Assembly (NCBI GenBank): GCA_028693395.1
Contig: JAQUVJ010000001.1
Location: forward strand, 46,387-110,386
Length of the DNA stretch: 64,000 nt
Reading direction: 5' to 3'
DNA from: Candidatus Nanoarchaeia archaeon
Lineage (GTDB): Archaea; Nanobdellota; Nanobdellia; Woesearchaeales; JAQUVJ01
Below are positions 54,681 to 64,000 of the stretch, one piece after another (position 1 is the stretch's first letter; the number at the start of each line of letters is the position of its first letter). The notes below the pieces were generated by a model, which ran no database searches, had not been told where the DNA came from, and saw only the letters and a list, made by a program, of their open reading frames with translations. The translations under genes and the position numbers were made by a program.

Positions 54681-55128
54681 ATTTTATTCTTTTATTTCTA
54701 TTTATTTTATTTTACGTATTTTCATCTTATAAAATATTATAAATTTATAAAATATTTTTATTAAAAATCTAATTTGTTTAATCTTTTAAATTATTAAAAA
54801 TTTAAAAAATAAATGAAAAATAGAAAACATAAAAATAAAAACATAAAAATAGAAATAGAAAAATAGAAATAGAAAAATAAATAAAAAATGTAAAAATGAA
54901 AAATATAAAAAAATAACAAATACTTAATTCTTCACAAGATAATTAAAGAAAGAAAATCAAATCGAAAACAATAATATAAAATATAAATTAAAAAAAATAG
55001 TAAATTATAATATAAAAAAATAATAAATAAAATAATAATTAAAGAAAAATTAAAGAAAAAAATAAAACAAAAATTCTAAAAAAAATATAAAAAAAATAAA
55101 AGAAAAAGATAAAATAAAAGATAAAAAA

Positions 55129-57558
55129 TTAAATCTTTAAAATATAAACAGATGATATTTTATCTCCATCATTTAACTTTACAAGTCTAACTCCTTGAGT
55201 ACTTCTTCCTATTATTGACATTTGATTTGAAAATATCCTAATAGCTTTTCCTTGTTTTGTTAATATCAAGATTTCATCTTCATCACTTACACTTCTAACA
55301 TCGACAACTTTTCCAGTTTTCTCTGTTACGTTAAGATTTCTTATTCCTTTTCCTCCTCTGTGAGTATGTCTATATTCTTCAATTGCAGTTCTTTTTCCAT
55401 AACCATTTTCTCCAATTGTAAATAAACATGAACCTTTCTCACAAATTCCCATTGAAACAACTCTATCTTCATAAGCAAGTCTAATTCCTATAACTCCTTT
55501 TGCAGTTCTTCCCATTGCTCTAACTTCTGTAGAATTATAAACAATAGCTTGTCCTAAAGATGTTGTCATGAATATATCACAATCTTGTGTTTCATCTATT
55601 ATTTTTACTGAAATTAAATAATCATCTTCTAATCCTATTGCTATTTTTCCATTTGATTGAATTGATTCAAAGTGTGATAAATTTACTTTCTTAACAAAAC
55701 CTCTTCTTGTTGCAAACATAACAAATTTATTTTCATCTGTAAAATCTTTTTTGTCAACTTTTAAGATATTTGTAATTGTTTCACCTGGACCTAATTTCAT
55801 TAAATTTATTGCAGGTTTTCCTTTTGCAATTCTTGAAGATTCTGGTATCATATATGTTTTTAAAGAATATACTTTACCTAAATTTGTATAAAAATGCAAT
55901 ATATCATGAGTATCTGCAACAACTACTTCATTAATGAAATCATCTTTTTTAAGATCACCAGCACTAATACCTTTTCCTCCTCTGTGTTGTGATTGATACA
56001 ATTCTAATGGCATTCTCTTTAAATAATTTGCATCTGTTAATGTTATTACATATGTTTTATTTTCAAGAAGTTCTTCAACATTGAAATCTCCCATTGCAGT
56101 TGTTATTTCAGATTTTCTTTCATCTCCAAACATTCCATCAATTTCTTCTAACTCTTGTTTTATAATTGAATCTATTTTTTTAGAATCAGCAAGTATTGAT
56201 CTTAATTCTTCAATTAATTTCATTAAATCATTAAATTCTTCTCTTAGTTTTAAAGTCTCTAAATTTGTTAATTTTTGTAATCTCATTTCTAAAATTGCTC
56301 TTGCTTGTTCATCATCAATTTCAAAATTTTTTATTAAATTATCTTTTGCAATATTTGCATCTTCAGATTCTTTTATTAATTTTATTGCTAAATCTATATT
56401 ATCTAAACATTTAATTAATCCTTCTAAAATGTGAGCCTTACTCAAAGCTTTTTTAAGTTCATACTCTGTTCTTCTAACAACAATTAATCTTCTATGTTTT
56501 ATAAATTCTACAATTAATTCTTTTAAATTTAATACTTTTGGTGTATTATTTACTAAACATAAATTTTGAATTCCTATTGATGTTTTTAGTGCAGAATGTT
56601 TTAATAAATTATTCATTACAAATTCAGCATTTGAATCTCTTTTAATTTCTATTACTATTCTAATTCCTTCTCTGTTTGATTCATCTCTTAAATCTGAAAT
56701 TCCATTAACTACTCCATTTTTTACAAGATCTGCAATTTGTATAACTAATGTTGATTTATTTACTTGATAAGGAATTTCTGTAACAATTATTGCTTCCTTT
56801 TTTCCTATTTCTTCAAAATGATATTTTGATTGAATTGTAACAGACCCTCTTCCTGTCCTATACATTCTCATTAATCTTTCATCTTTGAAAATAATTCCTC
56901 CTGTTGGAAAATCTGGACCTCTTACGTATTTTAACATTTCATCTATTTCTACATCTTCATTTTCTAAAAATAATTCAATTGCTTTATTTATTTCTTTAAA
57001 GTTATGAGGAACCATATTTGTTGCCATTCCTACCGCAATACCACTTGTTCCGTTTATTAATAATTGTGGAATTCTTGTTGGTAAAAATTCTGGTTCTTTT
57101 AATGATCCATCAAAGTTATCTCTAAATTCAACAGTTTCTTTGTCGATATCTGCTAACATATATTCTGTTAATTTGTCCATTTTTACTTCTGTGTATCTCA
57201 TTGCTGCTGGACTGTCTCCATCAATTGAACCGAAGTTTCCTTGACCATTTACTAGTTTATATCTTAATGAGAAATCTTGAGCCATACGAACCATTGCATC
57301 ATAAACTGCAGTGTCTCCGTGAGGATGATACTTACCTAATACTTCTCCTACAACTCTCGCACTTTTTTTGTAAGGTTTATTATAATTTAATCCTAATTCA
57401 CTCATTGAATAAAAGATTCTTCTGTGAACTGGTTTTAATCCATCTCTTACATCTGGAATTGCTCTTCCTACAATTACAGACATCGCATAATCCAAATATG
57501 ATTTTTTCATTTCTTTTGTTATAGAAACATCAATGATTCTTCTATCGTCGTCTTCCAT
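55129..57558 (-). CDS. gyrA: DNA gyrase subunit A
   Basis: [32 protein letters not shown], GyrA-box QHRGGKG, beta-pinwheel repeats. Confidence 0.97.
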   Translation of the reverse strand: MEDDDRRIIDVSITKEMKKSYLDYAMSVIVGRAIPDVRDGLKPVHRRIFYSMSELGLNYNKPYKKSARVVGEVLGKYHPHGDTAVYDAMVRMAQDFSLRYKLVNGQGNFGSIDGDSPAAMRYTEVKMDKLTEYMLADIDKETVEFRDNFDGSLKEPEFLPTRIPQLLINGTSGIAVGMATNMVPHNFKEINKAIELFLENEDVEIDEMLKYVRGPDFPTGGIIFKDERLMRMYRTGRGSVTIQSKYHFEEIGKKEAIIVTEIPYQVNKSTLVIQIADLVKNGVVNGISDLRDESNREGIRIVIEIKRDSNAEFVMNNLLKHSALKTSIGIQNLCLVNNTPKVLNLKELIVEFIKHRRLIVVRRTEYELKKALSKAHILEGLIKCLDNIDLAIKLIKESEDANIAKDNLIKNFEIDDEQARAILEMRLQKLTNLETLKLREEFNDLMKLIEELRSILADSKKIDSIIKQELEEIDGMFGDERKSEITTAMGDFNVEELLENKTYVITLTDANYLKRMPLELYQSQHRGGKGISAGDLKKDDFINEVVVADTHDILHFYTNLGKVYSLKTYMIPESSRIAKGKPAINLMKLGPGETITNILKVDKKDFTDENKFVMFATRRGFVKKVNLSHFESIQSNGKIAIGLEDDYLISVKIIDETQDCDIFMTTSLGQAIVYNSTEVRAMGRTAKGVIGIRLAYEDRVVSMGICEKGSCLFTIGENGYGKRTAIEEYRHTHRGGKGIRNLNVTEKTGKVVDVRSVSDEDEILILTKQGKAIRIFSNQMSIIGRSTQGVRLVKLNDGDKISSVYILKI

Positions 57559-57681
57559 ATAATATAAAAAAAAGCTCCTTTCTTTTTAAAGTTTTATCGT
57601 AAATTTAAATGACAATCATTGGTCATTGGACGCTCTCTAATACTATTTATATTGATATTAGGCTTTTTTAACTTAAGTAAA

Positions 57682-57897
57682 ATGATATACAAAATTGTTA
57701 GATGTCCTCATTGCAAAAAAATGGTAATGACAACTTCAGAAAAAATATTTAAATGCATGTTTTGTGGGCATATAAAAAAAATGGAAAATTTAAATGTTGA
57801 ATATTCATCAATGGATCCAACACTTGCTAGAAATTTTATGAAATCAAGAAAAAGAGACATACATTTTGAGAAATTTGATGATGTTTGGATAAATTAA
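57682..57897 (+). CDS. Small Zn-ribbon protein (DUF1922/DUF5817-like)
   Basis: Y.IVRCPHC...KCMFCG; ATG 57682 preferred over track start 57619. Confidence 0.75.
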   Translation: MIYKIVRCPHCKKMVMTTSEKIFKCMFCGHIKKMENLNVEYSSMDPTLARNFMKSRKRDIHFEKFDDVWIN

Positions 57898-58060
57898 TTA
57901 TTATCTAAATTTAATAAATATTATTAATAATCATATAATTATTAAAGATATTCAAATAATAAAATAATAAAACAATAATTGTGTCACTCTACAGGGATAA
58001 ATTTATATACTATTAATATATCTTTTATAATTATAATAATTTTATGATAAGTTGATAATA

Positions 58061-59323
58061 ATGTCTTTAGAAAATAAAATGGAAAATATCTTTTCAATCT
58101 CTGAAAAGGATTTAAAAAAAGATGGAATTTTGTATACAATAGAAGAGATAACTCAATATATTAAACAATTAAAAGAAGCAAAAGTAGAATTAAAAGGTAA
58201 ATATAAAGCTGCAACATACGGACAAGGTTATGCGTTTCCTGAAGTAGAGCCAATAGGTAATAAAATCAAAATTAATAATCTTATAAATAATATTGAAAAA
58301 AATGATTATTTATCTCAAAAAGAAAATGAAGATATTTTATATGAAACAGGAAGGAGTATAAATTCATTTAAAACTCTTATAGGAATAGGAAATAGAGAAT
58401 TGAAAAAAATAGATAGGAAAAAAAAAATACTTGAAGAATTATATTTTGAAAAAAATACATTTGAAATAGGTAAAATAGGAAATAAATATTGCTTAAAAAC
58501 TAATGATAATCATCCTATTATAATTTATTACAAAAATAAATATTATCAAATATCAACAACAAACAAATTATTGCCTTTAGAAATAAATAAGATTAATGTA
58601 GATATTTCTTTTAATCTTGAAAATTTAACTTCTGGAGATGAATTAGAAAATCGTCGAGAATTGTATATATATGGAACAGAAGATAAAAAAGAATTACAAA
58701 AATCTAACACAAATAATATAGATATATATACTAGTGCGGAATTAATATCTTATAATAGTGAAAAACCTATTTTTCTAATTGAATCAATGATTATTCCTGA
58801 AGAAAAAACTGAAGAATTAAATCAGATTCTTAAACAAACTCTAAAAGGAAATCTTATTGTAGGAAGAAAAAATAATAAAAATTTAACATCTTTAGAGGAT
58901 TTATTATTAGATACTAAGGAAAACGAAATAAAAAAAAATAAACAAAAAGAAAATGAATTTAAAAAACAAAATACATACACTCCAAATAGAGAAGGTAAAG
59001 ATTTTCTTTTATCAATGCGTCCTGATGAAATATTTGAAGGAAGTATTTGTGGTGATGGTTTCTTTTATGATGCATATAGATTTGGAGATATAGTTATTGC
59101 AGAATTTGATGCAACTGAACATGCTACATATGTGTTAAGTGCTAAAGAATTTAAACCAAAAGATTATATTACAAGAAAAGAAATAAGAAAAAATCCTGAC
59201 CTATATTTTGAAAGATTTTATCATACTGATTTCTGGAAAGAAAAAATAATAGATTATATTGAATTAAGTAGAAGTAAAGATTTTAGATTTTATGAAATAA
59301 ATCCAAATCCTAAAATAAATTAA
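58061..59323 (+). CDS. Hypothetical protein
   Basis: ~420-aa ORF with coding-like composition; structured-looking C-terminal domain. Confidence 0.65.
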   Translation: MSLENKMENIFSISEKDLKKDGILYTIEEITQYIKQLKEAKVELKGKYKAATYGQGYAFPEVEPIGNKIKINNLINNIEKNDYLSQKENEDILYETGRSINSFKTLIGIGNRELKKIDRKKKILEELYFEKNTFEIGKIGNKYCLKTNDNHPIIIYYKNKYYQISTTNKLLPLEINKINVDISFNLENLTSGDELENRRELYIYGTEDKKELQKSNTNNIDIYTSAELISYNSEKPIFLIESMIIPEEKTEELNQILKQTLKGNLIVGRKNNKNLTSLEDLLLDTKENEIKKNKQKENEFKKQNTYTPNREGKDFLLSMRPDEIFEGSICGDGFFYDAYRFGDIVIAEFDATEHATYVLSAKEFKPKDYITRKEIRKNPDLYFERFYHTDFWKEKIIDYIELSRSKDFRFYEINPNPKIN

Positions 59324-59328
59324 TTTTT

Positions 59329-60435
59329 TTATTTTTTCTTTATTTTACAAATGAAAAAACCCTCAGTATCATTATTATGAGGATAAATTCTTAAAACATT
59401 TTCAATTCTTTCATCTAATTTTTTCCCTTCGAATTCTAAAATTGGTTTGCCTTTTGTAATTGATGGTAATTCTATTTTTTCTATTTCAATATTTTTATAT
59501 TTTTTTAATAAAAAATCTATTACAAATTCGTTTTCTTCTGGTTCTAAAGAACAAGTACTATAAACTAATGTTCCACCTATTTTTAAAATATTAAATGCTA
59601 CATCAATCAATTTATATTGTGCTTTTTGCATTCTTATAATTGCTCCTTTATTCCAAATTTTTAATGTGTTTGTAGATTTTCTAATTGTTCCACTTCCACT
59701 ACATGGGGCATCTAATAAAACTTTATCAAAAAATCCATCTTCTGATGTAATATTTTTTTCATCAGATTTCATATTTTCATAAACAAAATTATTTGACCAT
59801 GATACTTTTTTTAAACTATCTTTATTTGATTTGTGAATCTTTAATTTTTCTTTATTATCATTCTTTATCATGTTTCCAAAAAAAATACCATTCATGTTTG
59901 TTATTATTGTGTTTTTTATTCCACATCTACTAATGTTAACTTTTAATGAACCCAATCTTGAAAAGGATAAATCATTTGAAAAGATAAGACCTTCATTTTC
60001 CATCATTGCAGCAATTTGTGTAGTTTTTGAACCTGGAGCTGCTGCCATATCTAAAACAATTTCACCTGGTTTTGGATCTAAAACAATAGGAGGAATCATT
60101 GATGCTGCTTCTTGAACATAAATAAATCCCATTTTATGTAACATTAGATTTCCTACATCTTTTCTTGTTTTTCCTCTTATATAATATGCATCTTTTGCAA
60201 AAGGAATTTCTTCTATCATCCATTCATCTGATAATTTTTCAATTATGTTAGAATCAGCTTTTAATGTATTTACTCTAATACATCTATCTAAATATGAGAA
60301 ATTATATTTCATAAATTTTTGATATTCTTCTTGTCCTAAAATATTTTCAAATCTATTTATGAAATCTTTTCTTAAATCTTTTGAATCATAATTAAAAGAA
60401 ACTAAGTCGTGTTGTAATTTTGTTCTTATTACCAT
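59329..60435 (-). CDS. RsmB/NOP2/NSUN family RNA m5C methyltransferase
   Basis: IRVNT, VQEAASM, LDMAAAPGSKT, DAPCSGSG, YSTCS, EGFFI. Confidence 0.95.
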   Translation of the reverse strand: MVIRTKLQHDLVSFNYDSKDLRKDFINRFENILGQEEYQKFMKYNFSYLDRCIRVNTLKADSNIIEKLSDEWMIEEIPFAKDAYYIRGKTRKDVGNLMLHKMGFIYVQEAASMIPPIVLDPKPGEIVLDMAAAPGSKTTQIAAMMENEGLIFSNDLSFSRLGSLKVNISRCGIKNTIITNMNGIFFGNMIKNDNKEKLKIHKSNKDSLKKVSWSNNFVYENMKSDEKNITSEDGFFDKVLLDAPCSGSGTIRKSTNTLKIWNKGAIIRMQKAQYKLIDVAFNILKIGGTLVYSTCSLEPEENEFVIDFLLKKYKNIEIEKIELPSITKGKPILEFEGKKLDERIENVLRIYPHNNDTEGFFICKIKKK

Positions 60436-60468
60436 TATATATCTTAGAATAAATAGAAATATATAAAT

Positions 60469-63400
60469 TTAGACCCTTAAACTAACAACTTTACTTATGT
60501 TTTCTTTTTGATTCATGGTTACACCAAATAAATAATCTGCTTGCTTTATAACACCATCATTATGACTAATTACAATATATTGTGCATTTTTTGAATATTT
60601 TCTAACTAATTGACCCAATTTCTCTGCGTTTTTTTTATCTAATGCAGCATCAACTTCATCCATAATATAAAATGATGCAGGGTTAAATTCTTGAATAGCA
60701 AAAACAAAAGCTAAAGCAGTCATTGTTTTTTCTCCACCAGATAAAGATCTAATATCTAAAAATTTATTTCCTGTTATTTTTACTTTAATTAATAAACCAC
60801 CGGCAAATGGATCATTACTATCTTCTAATTCAAGATAAGCTTCTCCTTTTGTTAATAACTCACCAAATAATCTTTTAAATTTTTCTTGTATGACTTCGTA
60901 TGTTTTTAAAAATTCATATCTCTTTTTTGTCTCAATTTCGTTCATTATTATTAAAATTTCTTCTTTTTCTACTACTAGTTTATCTTTTTTAACAATTAAT
61001 TGATCAAATTTTTCTTTTATACTATCATAAACTTCAAGAGCTCTTAAATTTACTGTTCCTAAATTTCTAATAATTCCTTCAATTTTATTTAATTCTTTTT
61101 TTAATTCTCTTAAATCAGAATCTTTATATTCATTTTCTATTTTCTCAATTTTTTCTTTTGATTCTATATTTAATTGATTTATTTGTTCTTCAAATCCTGC
61201 AATTCTTCCTTTTACAGAAGCTAAGTTTATTGAAAGTGTATTTAATTCTAATTCTGTAACTTTTAGAAATTCTGATGCATCTTCTTTTTCTTTTTCTAAA
61301 TTTGCTATTTCTTCTTCTAATTGAGTTCTATGTAAAATTAAATCTTTGAATTTTTTCAAAAAGTCTTCAGATAATTTTAATTTTTCATTTAATTCTTTTG
61401 TCATTTCATCAATTGAAATTTCTAATTCTTTGATTTCTTTTTTAAATCCAATGTTTTCTTTATTTTGATTTAATACTATTTTTTCAATGTTTTTTAACTC
61501 TGGAGATAATATATTTTCAATTTGTAATATATTATTTTTAATTCTATTTTGAATGTTATTTAATTCTTCTTTTAATTGTTCTTCTTTTGTTTTTAATGCA
61601 TTTAATTCTGCTAATTTTTTAGGATCTTTTATATCTGTTAATTTATTTCTCAAATCTTGTTTTTCTATTTTTAAATTAGCTAGTTCTCTATTTCTTCCAC
61701 TTATTTGCATTACAATTTCATCAATTTTTTCGTCTATTTCTTCTAATTTGTTCTCTAAATCTTTTCTATCTTTTTCTTCTAATCCAAAATTTTCTTCAAT
61801 ATGAAGTGATTTTTCTATTTTAATAATTTCTCCTTCTAATTCTGCTTTGTTTTGTCTTAATTTTAAAATTTCTTCTTCTATTTGTTGTTTTTTATTTTCC
61901 AAAGATGATATAATTAGTCTTGTGTCACTTAATTCTTTTTCAATTCTTTGTGCATTATCATTCGATTCTTTTTCTGAAAATCCAACTCCAACTGATTCTC
62001 TTCTAAATCCTCCACGCATTGCACCTGTTCCTTCAACAACATCTCCATCAATTGTAACCATTCTTAATCTTCCAATTCCTACTTTTTGAGCTACTGTTAG
62101 ATTTTCAACTACAATTGTGTTTCCAAAAACATGTCTAAAAATAACATCTAAACTTTTATTAAATGTAATTAAATCATATGCTCTTCCTATTACTCCTGGT
62201 GTTGTTAAAATCGATTTATCTACTTCTATTGGAGAAGCTCTAATTTTGTTAATTGGTAAAAAAGTTGCTGTTCCTAATTTTAATCTTTTCAAATCTGAAA
62301 TTAATTCTTTTGCATCTTCATCTGTTTGTACAACTATGTTTTTTAACTTTCCTCCTGCTGCAACTTCTAAAGCAGTAGAATATTGTTTTTTTACATTTCC
62401 AAGCTCACTTACAATACCTATTATATTTTGATTTCTTTGTTTTTCTTTCAAAATATGACTTATAGCTCTATCTTGTGCCAAATGTGCTGATACAATATTT
62501 TGTTGAGCCATTGCTTTTGAATAATCTTTTTCTAAAGAAATCATTGTTTGTCTTGCATTATTTAATTGAGCACTAATTGAAGAATCTTCATTTATTATTT
62601 TATTAAGTTTTAAAGTTTTTTCTTTAAAATCTTGTCTTATTGATTTTAATTTTTCAAAATCTTCTTGATTTTTATCTTTAATTTTATTTACTCTTTCTTG
62701 ATTTTCGTTGAAATTATTTATTTGAATTTCTATTTTATCTTTTTCTCTTAAAAGATCTTGTTGACTTACTCTTAATTCATTAATTTGATTTGTGATTATT
62801 TCTATTTTTTCATCTAATTTATCAACTTCTTGTTCAATATCTGAAACATTTTTTATATTATTTTTTTTGTTAAATTCTTCAATTTCTTCTTTGTTTTTAA
62901 AAATTGAATCTTCAACTCTTTTTTGGTTTAATTGCAAACTAGAAACTTCTTTTTTTAGCAATTCAATTTTTCCACCAATTTCTTTAGTTGATGTTTCTAA
63001 ACTTTTATCTCTATCTTGAATTTTAATAATTTCATTTTGACATATTTCAAGTCTATTTTTATTTTTCTCGATTTCTACTTTAAGAAATTCAATTCTTTTA
63101 TTTATTTCAGATTCTGATGCTGTTCCTTTTGAATCAATTTCATTGTTTATTTTTTTTATTTCTTCTTTTTTATCAATAATTGCTTGATACATATCTTTTA
63201 TTTTATTTTGTAATTCTTCTTTTTTGTTTTCTAATGTTTCTTTTTTCTTAAAATTTTTTTCTTCACTTTTTAATATTTCTTGAATTTCTTTTTGTAAAAT
63301 TGAATATTTTAATTCTTTTGATTTCTCATCAAGTTGGATAAATTTTTCTGCTTCATCTCTTTCTACTTTTAATTCGTCTAAGTGAGTTTTTCTTTCTGCT

Positions 63401-63987
63401 AAAATAACATCTGTTTCTTTTAAATGATTTTCAACTTTCTCAAGTTCTGACATTGCTTTGTCTTTTTTATCATCATATACACTAATTCCTGCAATTTCAT
63501 CTACGATTTTTCTTCTTTCAATTGGACTCATGTCAATAATTCTAATGATATCTCCTTGTAATATTATATTATAACCGTCAGGATCTATTCCTGCTTTTGA
63601 GAATAATGTAACAATTTCTGCTCTTGTTGATCTTTTGTCATTGATTTTATAAATAGATGTTCCGTCTTGCTTTACCATTCTTGAAACTTTTATTTCATCA
63701 TCATCAATAGGAAATTCTTTTTCATAATTTGAAAAGAAAATTGAAACTTCAGCACTAGGATATGGTTTTTTTGTTTTTCCTCCGTTATAGATTAGATTAG
63801 AACTTTTTTCTACTCTCATTGATTTTGCAGAACTTTTTCCAAGTACAAAACATATTGCATCCATTACATTACTTTTTCCTGAACCGTTTGGACCAATTAC
63901 TGTATTGAAAGTTTTTCCATAAACCAATTCTGTTTTTTCTGCAAAGGATTTAAATCCTTTCAATTCTAATTTAAGAATTCTTGTCAT
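60469..63987 (-). CDS. smc: Chromosome segregation protein SMC
   Basis: GFKSF, GPNGSGKSN, Q-loop, hinge, LSGGEK, DEVDAALD. Confidence 0.97.
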   Translation of the reverse strand: MTRILKLELKGFKSFAEKTELVYGKTFNTVIGPNGSGKSNVMDAICFVLGKSSAKSMRVEKSSNLIYNGGKTKKPYPSAEVSIFFSNYEKEFPIDDDEIKVSRMVKQDGTSIYKINDKRSTRAEIVTLFSKAGIDPDGYNIILQGDIIRIIDMSPIERRKIVDEIAGISVYDDKKDKAMSELEKVENHLKETDVILAERKTHLDELKVERDEAEKFIQLDEKSKELKYSILQKEIQEILKSEEKNFKKKETLENKKEELQNKIKDMYQAIIDKKEEIKKINNEIDSKGTASESEINKRIEFLKVEIEKNKNRLEICQNEIIKIQDRDKSLETSTKEIGGKIELLKKEVSSLQLNQKRVEDSIFKNKEEIEEFNKKNNIKNVSDIEQEVDKLDEKIEIITNQINELRVSQQDLLREKDKIEIQINNFNENQERVNKIKDKNQEDFEKLKSIRQDFKEKTLKLNKIINEDSSISAQLNNARQTMISLEKDYSKAMAQQNIVSAHLAQDRAISHILKEKQRNQNIIGIVSELGNVKKQYSTALEVAAGGKLKNIVVQTDEDAKELISDLKRLKLGTATFLPINKIRASPIEVDKSILTTPGVIGRAYDLITFNKSLDVIFRHVFGNTIVVENLTVAQKVGIGRLRMVTIDGDVVEGTGAMRGGFRRESVGVGFSEKESNDNAQRIEKELSDTRLIISSLENKKQQIEEEILKLRQNKAELEGEIIKIEKSLHIEENFGLEEKDRKDLENKLEEIDEKIDEIVMQISGRNRELANLKIEKQDLRNKLTDIKDPKKLAELNALKTKEEQLKEELNNIQNRIKNNILQIENILSPELKNIEKIVLNQNKENIGFKKEIKELEISIDEMTKELNEKLKLSEDFLKKFKDLILHRTQLEEEIANLEKEKEDASEFLKVTELELNTLSINLASVKGRIAGFEEQINQLNIESKEKIEKIENEYKDSDLRELKKELNKIEGIIRNLGTVNLRALEVYDSIKEKFDQLIVKKDKLVVEKEEILIIMNEIETKKRYEFLKTYEVIQEKFKRLFGELLTKGEAYLELEDSNDPFAGGLLIKVKITGNKFLDIRSLSGGEKTMTALAFVFAIQEFNPASFYIMDEVDAALDKKNAEKLGQLVRKYSKNAQYIVISHNDGVIKQADYLFGVTMNQKENISKVVSLRV

Positions 63988-64000
63988 TGATTAAATTTGT

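Overview
Very AT-rich (roughly 20% GC by eye) chromosomal segment of an archaeon, most consistent with a DPANN lineage (Woesearchaeota/Nanoarchaeota-like). Archaeal markers include Cdc6/Orc1, PolD DP1, RPA, Kae1, class I CCA-adding enzyme, a presenilin-like protease, a BHB tRNA intron and TATA-box promoters. The window holds about 45 protein genes, covering replication/chromosome functions (RPA, TopA, DP1, Cdc6, GyrA, SMC), tRNA/rRNA enzymes, pyrG, cysS, an ABC-2 exporter, ion transporters and many thiol-redox genes. It also holds three CCA-less tRNAs: Leu-TAA, an intron-containing Ile-TAT and Glu-TTC. I found no CRISPR array, integrase or transposase. Most notable: (1) an LMW-phosphatase-HIT fusion beside a small nucleotidyltransferase-like ORF, just behind the CCA/tRNA locus; (2) a rare tRNA-Ile(UAU); (3) AAT microsatellites expanding into conserved proteins as poly-Asn loops, and strand-polarised intergenic DNA; (4) several apparent pseudo-enzymes (PEP-synthase ATP-grasp plus an N/F-rich disordered region, M16 peptidase, dUTPase); (5) a greatly extended DP1; (6) several clean cis-elements: a symmetric bidirectional TATA, a Fur operator, GTTTCATGAAAC palindromes and helically phased A-tracts upstream of cdc6. 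All assignments come from reading motifs; no database searches were run.
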